Below are positions 14,901 through 29,900 of a DNA stretch of 64,000 bases, in pieces. The position numbers and the translations under genes are program-made. Each line of letters opens with the position of its first letter. Position 1 is the first letter of the stretch. Where the stretch lies: positions 1 to 64,000 of the forward strand of contig NMRA01000529.1 in assembly GCA_002633005.1 (NCBI GenBank), in the 5' to 3' direction. The notes beneath the pieces were generated by a model that was given only the letters and a program-made list of their open reading frames with translations, did not search any database and was not told the origin of the DNA. Source of the DNA: Phoronis australis (taxonomy: Eukaryota > Animalia > Phoronida).

Positions 14901-17900
14901 CACTCCGCCAAATACAGATGCAGACATAGAGGATTTCTGTCCGAAGGAGAATACGCCACTGGACAATTTCCCTGATGAACCGACGCCATTGCTGTCATTG
15001 GAGACAGGAACAACTCCATTAACAACATGAGGAGATTCAGTGGGGACAAGAGAGGCATTACCCAACACAGCTGGGCTGCTAGTCACTGACTGCGATTTAT
15101 TAAGCAGGAATGGGGTAGAACCATTCGATGGCAGGCCAAAGGTGAAGGGCTTAGCAGCAGAGGGTTTCTCCGAATCTTTAGGTATTGAGGCAAGAGTGTC
15201 TGAAATGAAGACAAAAATGAGTTTTTACACCTTAAATAGAAAAAAGTACCGTAATCAGACAAAATACCATTTTCGTACGATGATGGCTAAATTGACTGGC
15301 AACACATTCTTAACGTGTATTTAAGACAAAAGACACCCCGGGATCCAAAGCCAGCTAATATGATCGTACCTTGAACAACTGAGGATTTTCCAGCATCATT
15401 GACAGTAGGTGGCGCAGTCGTCTTGCCAAACTGAAATCCTGAACTATTCACTGGTTTGGGAGAATTGAAGGAGAAACCTAGAAAATGCCAGACTCCAGTT
15501 AAATTCTGGTACTGTGCAAGAACTTATCAAAATAAAATGACACGTTGAAAAACAGCTCAAATGTACAAAATCGTAACTAAAGCTCGTTTCAATTCTGGCA
15601 AAATCACGAAAACGTTAACAGATGTTACTCCACGCACTTTGTCCATTAAATAATAACAAGCCTGTAATGACACCACAATAAAGTGGCTAAATTTTGACAA
15701 AAATTAATAATTTATTACAACAAAAATTTTACTAAGTTGCTAAATAATCTTGGCAAAAAGTTTGGCAGAGACTGAGAGTTCTTTCTAAGTCTGTGTACTA
15801 AATTTTGATAACTAAACTGTAGAGCAGAACAGCCTTGTGGGTTCCGCACAATATAAGTTGACGACGTTTTAACCTAAAACTTCTTCCATATGACTGAAAA
15901 ACTTTAAATTTAATTTAGACAACTTAATAATATGAAAATGGTCTAGACTAATTGCTCCTTACTCTTGACCACAGTACACTAATTGCTCCTTACTCTTGAC
16001 CACAGTACACTAATTGCTCCTTACTCTTGACCACAGTACACTGTTGCTTCAATTCAGTCGCAAGCCGATGTGTCATGGCTGACCACATCTTGAGCAACAA
16101 CAAATTGCCAGATATTTTTTCCAAACCCAGAAACGGCTTGCCACCTCAGCAAGGAACAAACTGAGGTCAATTGTTGACTGTAAAAGGTCTAAATCAAACA
16201 CTTGATTCTTTGATAAAAGAAGTAACAATATACATGTTGCACCTTTAAGGACATTTCAATCCAATGTTATTTCAACAAGAAACATTCCTTAATGTGCTTC
16301 ACTGTTTCACGTTCCAGTGCACCTTTCGGAAAAATTACACATTCACTGCCAAAATGCGCCAATTGAAGAGTTGGGTACTTGGCTGTTCCTGACCTACTTA
16401 AACTTGATTTCCATGAGAGATAACACCACCTTGTTTACGAGGCTGACTCCATATGATGGTTCAAATTTAAATCAAATTTTAACAGCTAAGGTGTCCCAAA
16501 AAGATCATCAGATAACTGTTACACTATATAAATTCCATGCTATAACAGAAAAACCCACCAGACTGAGTTGCTACACTGCTTTCAGAAGTCAACAGTTCAG
16601 CCAGAATGCTGCTCTCGCTAGAACTGGCGGTCCCAGTGGATGGCACTGATGCTACGATGGCTGGTGATGGACTGATGATCTGAGTGGTCGACAGAGGTGG
16701 AAAAATGGATGCAGGCTGAGCGACGGAGGCAGACGTATCTACTGGCAAACTAGATGAAGGTGTCTTGACAGAAAATGTAGTCTTGCCTGCAAAGAACCCT
16801 ATGAACAATCATCACAAAACATGAAATGAAGGAAAAAAACTTTTCGAAAATCCACACTGCTTTTCTACAAAACTTAACTCATCTACTTCTATTAGAAAAC
16901 TGACTTTTGGAGTGCTATGGGTCATGGCAAGGAGATGATGCTTATCTATTAACACGTTACAAAACATTAACATTTAACACAGCATGCCAGCTTACAGAAG
17001 ACTAAGTTTCTCCTTTCCAGTGCAACGTCCAAAATGACCAAAAGGGTGTGCCTACAGTACTCCGCTGTGTACGGCAATCAATTCATGCCAGCACATCTCA
17101 GCCATAGACCCTTGCATCACATTTCATCAAAATCTGTCACGCTGTTTTGTCAATTATCAACCAAATATTTTGTCAAAACCTTAACTGTCAAAACCATTGT
17201 GCTACGGCAGTGAAATCTGTACATAATTAAACTAGTGCTGACACAGGGCATCCTCGCATTATATCCCTATGTCAAGTAGCATCATAATTTGTCAAGCCGT
17301 TCTGACAATCAAGTTGTTGAAATTAAAACGGCCAACAAGGGGTGCCACAGTAGCTAAATCCCAGGAGCATCCACGTCATCAACTCTTGTGTCAAGTTTCA
17401 TCAAAAACTATCAATTTAATATCAAAATGTAATGACAATAGGTGAAAGACGAGGAAAATCTCACCAAAAATTAAAATGACCAAAAGCGGGTGCTAGGGAA
17501 GGAAACTCCATCCCAAAAGGATTTGATGCCACATTTCCAACTTTTATCTCAAGGTAAAATTCATCAAGTCATCTCAACAAAATTTGATGGATACAGAATT
17601 TCTTGTTGAAAACTAAAGTGGCCAATAGGGGGTGCCACCATTGTCATATCTGGTCGAAAACTGACAGGTGTTGGTGTATTCTGAACACCTACATAACTGT
17701 GAGTCAGGTTAACATAAATTCATGAAACTGATAAACCAAATACTGAAGGACAAGGAATTTCCTGTCAAAAACTAAAAACCTCAATTTTGGCTGCCACGGT
17801 GGTCAAATCTGTATGATAATTGACTAGAGTTGGTAATCTCCCACCACATATCTTTGGGTCAAGTTCCTGCATGGTATTGTGTCAAAAATTCCTGATGTTG

Positions 17901-20900
17901 AAAACTAAAACAACCAGCACTGGGTGCCACTGACGCCGCATCCATCCAAAAAATCCACCAAGGCTGTTACAATTCCACCAAGATAGTTCTCTATGTAAAG
18001 TTTCATCAACACATGTCAAGTGGATCTTGAAATAATCAGATGAGTACAAAGAAAGCCAACAAGGAGCCGATGGGATGCTGACTGATTACAAGGAGCCGAT
18101 GGGATGCTGACTGATTACAAGGAGCAGATGGGATGCTGACTGATTACAAGGAGCCGATGGGATGCTGACTGACTACAATTAACAACTTAAACATGCTAGT
18201 TTTCACGTTTGTCACACCCTTCAAAATATATCGGACAAAGCACAATGTTTCGAAATCAACAACGTTACTAACCAACAGTGGCGCCAGCAATGCTTGTTGC
18301 TATTGACGAAGTGGGAGGGGCCACGGCAAAGACAGGTTTCCCAGATGGTTGAATGACCAAAGCGTTGTCACCTGAAAGTCAGATCACATGGTTCGTGAAC
18401 ACAAGACCATTTCATCAGACCATTTTCTAACGAGTGAAGTTAAATGGCTACCACTGAAATGATTGGCCAGCAAGGCATAATAATGTTCAATTATGTACTC
18501 AACTGGCCAGATGGCAAAACAGACACTAGGACTTTTCGGTGCAAGTATCCCGCGACTGTTTTGCTTTTCAGAACACAGCCCAGAAGAAAATATAGAAGAA
18601 CAAAGTTCAAGGTTCAAAACTGAAGTTAAAATAAGAAGACAGATATAATTATGCAAAAACAACACAGCATTTAGACAACATCATCTAGGGAGTAAGTCAC
18701 TATGACAACAGTCATGTTATTCCCAAACTCCTCACCATCACCATGGCAATGGATGAAGAACTAACTACAAACTAGTGACCATCATATGACTCAACTTTAT
18801 GGTAAAACCTCACTAATTTCAAACAATCATTGCCAAAATGGACAATTTGTCATTTTCAAATTCTAATCTTAGAGTACATCTTCAGTAGTTCTGCATATTC
18901 TCAATACATTGTCGGAGGGCAGCTACATTGTAGCGCGCAGAAATTCACAATGACAAAGTCATAATTTGGTAAAAAAAGCAATAATCCTCCATATTAGGTA
19001 CTACACCTGTGAGGTTACACCACTACGCAAAATCATGAGCTAGTAACTGCTGTTTAAATCAGCGAGCAGCTTTACCTGACGCAAACTTGATTTCGACTTC
19101 TGTCTTCCGCTTGGCGTCTGAGTCTATCAAAGACAAAAGAATGGTAACATCAAGCTCACATTGAAGACTTCAACCAAATGCATTGGAAACTTGCAAAAGA
19201 GTAATCAGGTCTATAGTTATTAGTACTCTACTATTTTTTCAAATGCTAGACTAAGTCAAAAATAGCACGGTTTTTGTTATTGAAAATTGATCTAGTAGTC
19301 CAAATTTTCAAAAAAAGTCACCCAGTGCCACCTGATAAAGGCCAGGATCCTATTGTTTCCAGCAGCCCCTGACGCCAGCAGAGATGGGTCAGATACTTTC
19401 CTACATTTCTTCTTATTTAACTTGAAGCGCCACCTGATGCTAGCTTTGAGACCAAAGGTTCACTTAACCGAACAAGCAACACCAGGTCCTTACTGATTCG
19501 TCTACAGAAAACAAACAGGTCAAGTGATTTGTACCTGTGTCAATAGATGGAGCCAGCGACTGGGATGTTTCACCTTCACCATTTGCTGTGTAGAGGTCCT
19601 CATCAGAATCACTGATGTCTTCACATGCAGGTTGATACACCTGGCTGACGTCAAGGAGACGAGAAGAGGACAGCTCACCTGGGCAAAAACCACAATGATG
19701 GCAACAAGTGATGGCAACTGCTTTAAAGTAAACAGCTAGTGAAGCCCAGGGGCTTGTTTTACTTTTTAAAGGACTAACAACCATTTTCAGTCATAGGTCG
19801 TCAGTTAAATTTACACCAATGCAACTGCTCAGATACGGCTATCTTCTTTCTGAGATTAAAACGGGTTGAAATAAAATTTGAGTTCACAAATTAAAACTTC
19901 CCAACTCCTATTAAAAGAAACAGTGGGTGGATTAATTTAAGTGATGGAAATGTAATGTGAAGATATTTGGCTGCATGGAGACTTGTCAACAAGGTCACAC
20001 TTTTAACCGATATGCAAAGAAGTTGCGTACTCACCAGGTGGGGTTGCGTGCACAGGCACGACACCACGCTCGCTAAGGAACTGGCGTAGCTTTGCCTGCT
20101 TTGCAGGAGAGACGGAGGTCGCACGAGGCTTTGATGGCATTGGACTAGCTGGTTCAACAAGGCTATCAGCTAACGAGGAAAGGAACTCACGATCCCTGAA
20201 AGAACCAACAAAACTAAAACATTGTGTCACATGAGAATGCCACCATTGTCAGCAAACCAAGTACTCAACAAACATTGAATTGGCCAGAAAAAAAATTGAT
20301 CAACCCATTTCACAAAACGTGATACAGCCGACATGTCCTTTGGCCTAGAATCTCACGAGTCACAAAGCCCAGTGCAGAGGACCACAACCACCCACAGTCA
20401 ACAGGCACATTTTTGGTATGTTATGCAATACTCACCTCAGTTCACTCGTTTTCACTAGTGTTCTGTCACACAAACGCGTCATTTGCAAATAAGTTGCAAG
20501 TGCATAACACCCGGTACTAACCTCCCAACTTCACATAATGTAACACCCGGTACTAACCTCACAACTTCACATAAAACGCATTCCAAAATAATATGAGATT
20601 TTCACAAAGTCTCAAAAATTTTTTTCACTCAATTCAATTGAAAGTGGGTGCAACAGATAGCCTTTTTAGTTGTGATGTCATTTCAAAATTTACTTTGGCA
20701 AAATGAGCTTTTAATTAGCTGTAATTAACGTTTGAAAACTCACGTTCCATGTGACAAAGGGCATTTCTCACATGGAACATTGCATTCTCACATGTAACAT
20801 TTGAATGTTCCATGTGAGATTTTTTGAGTTGTGCCATGTTACAAATAGAAATGGTACATGGCACAAACACTATATTTGTGACATGGGCTTTTCATAGCAC

Positions 20901-23900
20901 AATGATATAATGAATTTTAGGAGAAATTTTTGCATTTAGTCAATAAAANTGAGAAAAGAACAATACTCAGCTCAGTTTACACACCATTCAACTCAATTCC
21001 CTAGAAGGTATCACAAGACATCACACAAAACTCAACTTAATGCACATGATCTCACAAACTAGGACACCTGTCAACTGTTTTGCCTCACAGAGGGCACCAC
21101 TCGATACTCACCCCAGTTCACAAGGTCGCACATATGAAGACACGTCGCTGTTCTGCCATACGGATGTGTCATTGTGTATCTTGAGTTGTTTCATCTCGCC
21201 CATCAGCTTGTTCAGTCGATACGTCTGGCTGGTGATTACATTGTGGTTGTTAGTCAGACTTCTATACAGCGTGTCACTGATGGGAGCACGGGTTTTTCTG
21301 AAATAGAGATTGATAGTTGTCATGGAAACTAGGACATGCGCCTGGCTGCAGCATTCATCAATGGTACTATGAACTTGTACTTTATTCAAATTGAAAGCGA
21401 GTTTTAGGGTAAACATGACTGGCAATTTGTTGAATCCGAAAGTCAGCATTCAGTAAGCCGAATTCAGAATTGACAATGAGTTCATAATTTTTGCTGTGAA
21501 GGTAATGCGGCCAATTCCACGACCGAACGATAGAGGAAATATATCACACTGACGCCTAATTTGAAACTAAAAAACATCAAGGAACAATAATGCTTGAATA
21601 ATCTTTAACTAAACGGAAAAATGAAGCTTCTTTTTTTTTTCTTAACATGATAGGTTATAGTAAAGAAGGATGCAATCCTTTCATGTGCGTTTTAACATGC
21701 ATCGCATTTTATGAAATTCAATACAGGCATAAAATATTGAGAAATGCCTCTTAATTCATTAATATATACCTTCCTCTCCCGCGGCTGTACTGGTCCCATT
21801 CACTATCCAGTTTGGCATTGACATCACGTAGACTTGTCTCTATATACTGGTTCAAGTGGCGGACTGACTGCAGAGTTTGGCTACTGGTAGGGTCTATAAC
21901 AGCGTAAAGTAATATGACTGACATATTAATAAACATTTGGTTTTTCAAAGTCATAGGCAGGCAATTAGGAAATACGCTTTGACAGAAAATGCTGTTTTCT
22001 CATAGACAGCCAAAATTAGAAGACAGATAAGACGTATCTTTTATTTAAGACAAAGTGCCGAACCATGACTTATTTTATACACTCAGGTACCTTTCATCAG
22101 GTTCAATTATAGTAATAATATTATTAAAGCTTCAAAACCCACATAACATTGACGATATGTTTTTACTCAACATGTTCCCCCCTAAAGACGAAAAGTGATT
22201 TCAGAGCTCGAAAAGAGCTGACATCATATTTAGTGTTCGAAACAATGCACACTGACAAAATATGAGTGAGCCACCATTACAAGCTGGCTGGCCTTACACA
22301 ATGAGGTAACAGTCAGACATTCCAACTCCAGCAATCACTTCCAATTTTACTAAACAAGTTGAAACCAATCTGTAAATGGTCTAAACCAAAAGATTGTTTT
22401 TTTTGCTAAAAAACAGACATATTGGTTCAAAATATGTCACGCCTATGAAGCATTTATGAACTTCTTACGAGCCACATTTTCAATAACATATCGTTTTTAA
22501 AACAGTACGCCTTTAATTACTAAAACCTTGTTCTCAGATGCAAGAACAACGTGCAGTATGTCAAGTGTGTTTTTCAACATTTTACCCAAGGGTCTTGATC
22601 TATGCAAATGGCGAAGACGTGGGTCAGACATGCGCTGCTTTTGAACGCGTGCATCCTCCTCCAAGGCAAACAAGTTGAGGGTCTGAGACTTGAGTTGGTG
22701 AATATCCCCATTGATATCCTACGAGAAAAACAACATGCAATATAGCAGGTTTAGGTTGTGAGACTTGAGTTCATAAAATGTAACTGTCAATGTCCTGCGA
22801 GATACAGACGATGGCAATACGATAAGTTGGGGGTCTAAGGTTTAAGTTGGTGAATGCACCTGAGGATGTGGCCTGTAGGTCTGGCTAGTTTAAGTTGGTG
22901 AATGCACCTGAGGATGTGGCCTGTAGGTCTGGCTAGTTTAAGTTGGTGAATGCACCTGAGGATGTGGCCTGTAGGTCTGGCTAGTTTAAGTTGGTAAAAA
23001 CATGAACTAATGGTGGAATGTCTTTGTCCATATTTAAGATGATACTTTGTAACAGGCTGAGGGTCTGAGGTTTGTCTGAGCATCTGACATTTGTCTACAG
23101 CCCTGTAGCTATCCCACAAAAAATGAAAGAGGGATTACACAATACACATGTTCAACTAAGTGTAAAGAACAGAGGGCCACAAATCCTTTCCCAAATGACA
23201 ACTCACAGTATCCAACAGTAAAAAGTCTCATCAACTTATAAGTCACCTAAACCAAATCACTCACCTCGGTGGTTTCTTTGACTTCTTTACAGAACTCTGC
23301 CAACCCTAGTATCCCACTAGTTAGCCTGCCTAGCTCTGCCTTGTCACCCACTTTGAATCTACAGCTACGTGTCCTCTGTTTGGCCTCTTCCAATTCTTTG
23401 TTGAAATGATCAATCTAAAAGATAAAAACGCATCACTTAGACAGCAGTCATAAAAGCAACTTTCAAATGATCTTTTCCCAACAATCCAAATTTCAATTTC
23501 ATGCAATAACACGGCAAGGTTTTAGAGGTAGGACAAGTTTTTTAGAGGTCGGCAGGAAATGCATTGAATAAAAAAAGAGAATTTGAGTCTTGTGTTGAGA
23601 TGAGTTGGGATAGAGCATGTCTTGATTTTACTGCGACAATGAGTTTATTAGCCAAGCACTTAGTGTTATAATTGATAGAATAACAGTTTATTAGCCAAGC
23701 ACTGAGTGTTATAATCAATGGAACAACAGTTTATTAGCCAAGCACTGAGTGTTATAATTGATAGAATAACGGCCTATTGACAACAATACTGTGGTGAATG
23801 ACTGATGTCACTCAGCCATGCCACTCCCTCCCCTCAACCATGCCACTCCCTCCCCTCAGCCATGCCACTCCCTCCCCACTGGACCAATGCTAGATATCCA

Positions 23901-26900
23901 CCACACAGGATAACCATACAATTACCAGATTATGTGAAAGGGAATTATCAGACAAAGAGACCTACAGTAAGAAAAGAGACAAATATAAACCATGCCACCT
24001 GGTGGCAACTCTAGAAATCTCACCTCTTCCAATATATTCTTTGTGAACTCGCTATCCACAGACAAGTTAGCTTCAGAGCTTGGCTGTTTCGGCCTGTTGG
24101 TGGTCGAATGTGACAGAACCGGCTTGACTTCTGGGACTTTCTTAGTAGAACCAGACATCCCTGTGTTGGTAAGTTGAGATAGAGCTGGACTCGGTTGAGC
24201 CACCACAGTCGAAGTTGGTTTAACCACGGGTGGTTTCGTAACCTGCTGCTGTACCACAGATGACGCTGGTGTAGCTGATGGAGATGGCACAGCATCAGAG
24301 TTGGAAACTGGAACCATAACTGGTTTGGTTTCAGGCGGCTTGATAAGCGGTTGCTGTGCCACAGCTGGAGTTGCATGACCAGACATGGCAGGAACAGTGC
24401 TGGGTGTTGAAACTGCGCCAAAGACTGGTTTACTCTCTGCCAGTTTGAAAACTGGCTGTTGCATTGTTGCAGGTGGCTTCTGGTTGGTGGGCAGTTGGGA
24501 AGCAAATGAGAGTCCCGGCTTCACTGCAGACGCTGATGAGTTGAAGCTAAACACAGCTGGTTTAGTAGTGGCTACAGTTACTGGTGGCCTGGTGAAGATG
24601 ACTGTAGATGACTGTGCAGGAACTACAGAATATGAAATAACGTTAACACAGCCTTCAAAGAAATCAAAGTACTCCGCATGACAGGAACATGCGCAAACTT
24701 TAAGTTTGGACAAAAATAATTGAAAAATTGTTACTTTTTTCATTGTTAGTTGTGAGTCTTCACAATTTTTTGAAACGTTTTCTGTTCTTAGCTATAATAT
24801 AGAACACTGATACGCCAAAGCGTAATTCTGTTGCTGTTTGTCGTTTATGAAAAAGTGAGAAAATAAATAAATATTTTTCCTGTTCGCCATGTTGTAATCT
24901 AAAGTTGTGACATTTTGACAGGTGAGACAAAGACAATTATCACCAAAACTGCAGAAATGTATGTTTGCAAGACTACTTTATAACTTATTAAATATTAAGC
25001 AGTACTTTTATTTATTATCTAGTAATTAATCTATCCAATTGTGATATTGAGTATGTAATCTCCCATGTCTAGTTATCAAGCAGTGAATAGAGTGCATTGT
25101 GGGAAGTTAGAATGCTGCTAACTTACATTGTTTCGGAATTTAACATAAATTCTTTCTTCAAACAGAATGGAAAATCAGAACAAATCAAGAGTGATCATCA
25201 TAATATGAATGTCATTAATAATCGCAGTAGCCGTGACCTCCGAATGGGCACATACAATCTGACTTTTACCAAAAGTTTCCAACGGGTCGACAAACAACTC
25301 ACCTCCAAAGTTAAACTGACCAGCACTGACGCTTGGTTGTTGAGGAACAGATAATGGAGTCTGAAAACATTTTACATAATAAGACAATAGCACACAGACT
25401 ATAGACAGATCCAGATGGTGTTTGACCACCTTGCTACATTATCACTCCACTGCAATGTAAGTATGCTGACAAACGGGCCAGTATATTACACGGCATGAAA
25501 ACATTTAGCTAACAAACCATATAACAAAGATTTACTATGGGCGAGTCTTTAATGTGGCACAGAAATATTTATAGGTAAAATATTGTCATTTTCATTCAAA
25601 CAAAAGTTTGCTAACAGTGCAGGTGGGTCAGAATTAGATGAAGTTTTGAAACAAAAAGCCGATACTAAATCTCTGTTTCTTTTTGATTGCAACCCATTCC
25701 AATTGTTGCTAAATTTCAACAACTTATCTCTTGTGTTTCTACGCACACTTCGTCAAGTCCTGAAAAGTTTTTCTGCACGTCCAAAATAAACTAATAGTAG
25801 CAGGATACACTTTTGCCACACTAAACTCCAAAACTGACAAAAAACGACACTTTTTGTACTAAAGTTTGACCAAAGTGTCAAATATTTCCTGCAAAAGCCA
25901 CTTTGGCAGCAAACTTTCAGAATGACTCAGCCACCTAATTTGCCAGTTGATTCTCCTCACTGTCTGACAGTGATGAGGTGATTCTCCTCACTGTCTGACA
26001 GTGATGAGGTGATTTTCCTCACTGTCTGACAGTCATGAGGTGATTCTCCTCACTGTCTGACAGTCATGAGGTGATTCTCCTCACTGTCTGACAGTCACGA
26101 GTTGACTCTCCTCACTGTCTGACAGTCATGAGGTGATTCTCCTCACTGTCTGACAGTCATGAGGTGATTCTCCTCACTGTCTGAAAGTCATGAGGTGATT
26201 CTCCTCACTGTCTGAAAGTCATGAGGTGATTCTCCTCACTGTCTGACAGTCATGAGGTGATTCTCCTCACTGTCTGACAGTCATGAGGGAAGACCATACA
26301 ATGATTCTGATGATGAATGTGGCTTCCATCCAGCCGACATGACTTGGAATTCCTGGTCATTGTGTCTGAATACTTATAAACATGCATTAAGTAGAAGACA
26401 TGTGCAATGCATATGCTGAGAGAAAAACTCACTTCCTTCTGAGGTGCAGTGCCGGAACTAGGGGCTGCTTGTTTGACATACTTTACTGATGGAGGTGGTG
26501 CAGCCGGTTGGCTTAAGGGAGCAGCACCTGAAAGGTTGAAGATAAAAATTGTGAACAAAATGTAGCCACCAAGACTCATTCTTGTGTTGATCTTTTCTAT
26601 TGTTTGAATGTAAAATGTTTATTGATAGTCAAATGAAACTGCAGCAATGACGCGACATAATATTTTCACATACCTACACAAAGTCATGCACACAAACACA
26701 CATTAATCCTGAAGTCTATTTCATCTGCAGTCTTTTGTCTATTTTCTAAACACCAGTCTGTGGACTCACTGATTCCCTAAATGCAGGGAGGTCTACGGAT
26801 AGCTTAGCCTGTTTCAAGAAATCAGGCTAAGGCTTAAAGTCAAAAAGTTTATCTACACTTTGATGCAAAAAGAAAGACAAAAGAATAAAAGTCAACTGTT

Positions 26901-29900
26901 GGCTATACTCTTTGTCAGAGAGTCCTTAGAGGAAATAATGAAGTTACAGAGTTGAGAAAATGATAGGCTTAGGTGATGTTGATAATTCTGAAGGAAAATG
27001 AACTTCTCAACAAAATCAAGTACATCGCTTCAGAAAACATAGTCTGCAATTCTTTACTTTGTTGATATGAAGTTTACCAAGACACAAAATGAGATTCACA
27101 ACTAAATATAAATAAATACTGAATTTACCAAATACTATATCAACACAATGTTTGTCTGAATCTTACTTGGACAAACAAGAGCAACGCGGAGCGTTGAAAT
27201 GCGCCCACAATTGCACCGCATACGGTATCCTTCTAGGGTTGTTTATTGGTACCATTAAGTGGCCAGTAGAGGGCATACTTTGCAAAATGGAAAGGCACAG
27301 ACATTGTCTCCTCAATGGGCTAGGGGCAAAATGTGAGTAATCTTCATAATACAAGCACATCCTATACCTCAGTTGCTTAAAACACCACAGAAACATAGAA
27401 TTAAAAACAAATTTACCAACATACGAGATTAGCACAGCATTAGAATGCCAGAAACAAATTTCTACTTGGAACTTTTCCTTCACAGTCACGAAGTAACACA
27501 AAGTATACACCTGAAGACCTATGAAAATACAGAGGTCAATGTAAAATACTAAAATTGCNNNNNNNNNNNNNNNNNNNNNNNNNNNNNNNNNNNNNNNNNN
27601 NNNNNNNNNNNNNNNNNNNNNNNNNNNNNNNNNNNNNNNNNNNNNNNNNNNNNNNNNNNNNNNNNNNNNNNNNNNNNNNNNNNNNNNNNNNNNNNNNNNN
27701 NNNNNNNNNNNNNNNNNNNNNNNNNNNNNNNNNNNNNNNNNNNNNNNNNNNNNNNNNNNNNNNNNNNNNNNNNNNNNNNNNNNNNNNNNNNNNNNNNNNN
27801 NNNNNNNNNNNNNNNNNNNNNNNNNNNNNNNNNNNNNNNNNNNNNNNNNNNNNNNNNNNNNNNNNNNNNNNNNNNNNNNNNNNNNNNNNNNNNNNNNNNN
27901 NNNNNNNNNNNNNNNNNNNNNNNNNNNNNNNNNNNNNNNNNNNNNNNNNNNNNNNNNNNNNNNNNNNNNNNNNNNNNNNNNNNNNNNNNNNNNNNNNNNN
28001 NNNNNNNNNNNNNNNNNNNNNNNNNNNNNNNNNNNNNNNNNNNNNNNNNNNNNNNNNNNNNNNNNNNNNNNNNNNNNNNNNNNNNNNNNNNNNNNNNNNN
28101 NNNNNNNNNNNNNNNNNNNNNNNNNNNNNNNNNNNNNNNNNNNNNNNNNNNNNNNNNNNNNNNNNNNNNNNNNNNNNNNNNNNNNNNNNNNNNNNNNNNN
28201 NNNNNNNNNNNNNNNNNNNNNNNNNNNNNNNNNNNNNNNNNNNNNNNNNNNNNNNNNNNNNNNNNNNNNNNNNNNNNNNNNNNNNNNNNNNNNNNNNNNN
28301 NNNNNNNNNNNNNNNNNNNNNNNNNNNNNNNNNNNNNNNNNNNNNNNNNNNNNNNNNNNNNNNNNNNNNNNNNNNTAGGTGCCTACATACCAAATTTCAT
28401 GAAAATTCGTTCAGGACTTTTGAAGATACAAAGGTAAGCGTAAAAAACTAAAATTGCCACTAGGGGGCACACCGGTAGTCGGATCCGTCCGAAAGTTCGC
28501 ACATGCCGTCCCATTCATGAATGGAACATATGTGTCAAATTTCAAGAACGTATGTCAAAGGGTTTTGGAGATAGAGCAGCGGACGCCGGACGGACGGACG
28601 GACAGAGATGACGGCATAATGCGTCCACATATAAATATGTGGGCGCATAAAAATGCTCTGAATGTTTCACAGGCTAATCACCTTCCTGTGTGTTAACAAC
28701 ATGGTGCATCAGTAGAACGCCCTCTGTGGACAACATATGACTAGACTGTTCAATGTCCATGACCGTTACCTTCTTGTGTTAACAACACTGTACATCTATC
28801 AGTAGAGCACCCTCTGTGGACAACAGTCACTAGACTGTTCAATGTCTATGACCCTTACCTTCTTGTGTTTTAACAACATGGTACATTCATTTTGGTAGAA
28901 CGCCCTCTGTGGACAACATGTAACTAGACTGCTTAATGTCTATGACCCTTACCTTCTTGTGTGTTAAAACATGGTACATCAGTAGAACGCCCTCTGTGGA
29001 CAACATATAGACTGTTCAATATTTATGACCCTTACCTTCTTGTGTGTTGACAACATGGTACATCAGTAGAACGCCCTCTGTGGACAACATGTACAGCATG
29101 GGCATGGACGGGACACTTAGAGCCTCATCTGAAACATTACCAACATTGAATGGAAGTGAATGAAGAGTTAGAAACGTTTCAGCAAATAACAGGTAGCTAG
29201 TCAGACTCCAGAGGTTGCTGTTGTTGGCATATTGACTTCAACTCTTAGTGAAGTTCTGTATGGCAACTGACACGTAATGGTAATTTCTGAACACAATCAG
29301 CCATCACTCATCACAGCGCTCTTACTTGTGTAATATCTGATCGATGATAGATTGTCATTGAATGTGTTGCAATGAACATTCAGCTTAGAACTTGTCATAG
29401 TAGTCTTCTAACTGCTTAGTTTACAAAACAGTGGATAAATTTTTCTTATGTTTGTCTGCGTTTTTGTAGTTTGAAAAAACCAAAAGGGAAATTGGATGAA
29501 AAATAACACCAAATCACTTGAAAATGATCCAAAAAAATTGCTCAAACATTTCGGCAACTTTCACCAAGGAAATGGAATTTAAAAAAATCAACTGAAAACT
29601 AGTAATTACGCGAACATGTCTATCTTTGATGACTAAGTTATCCATTCCTCATATCATGTATAATGTACATGTATTGCACACTTAACAAGAGATACAAGAG
29701 CAACGCAGAGCGTTGAAATGCGCCCTCAAATGCAACGCTAACATTGTGCTTCTAGAGTTGTTCATTTGTATAATAAAAATGACCACTAGATGGTGCAAAA
29801 CGTCCAATCCATCTTCAAATGGAACCTGCCATCCCTTCTTCAATAGAAAGTTATTTAATACTAAATTTCATAAAAATCTGACAAAAAAACTTCTAAGAAA

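Noticed and set aside
13307-15324. Overlapping alternative-frame and antisense ORFs
   Set aside because: Shadows of the Ser/Thr/Gly-rich NUP214 exon.
27536-28451. 285-aa and 298-aa ORFs
   Set aside because: Artefacts of translating the N-gap.
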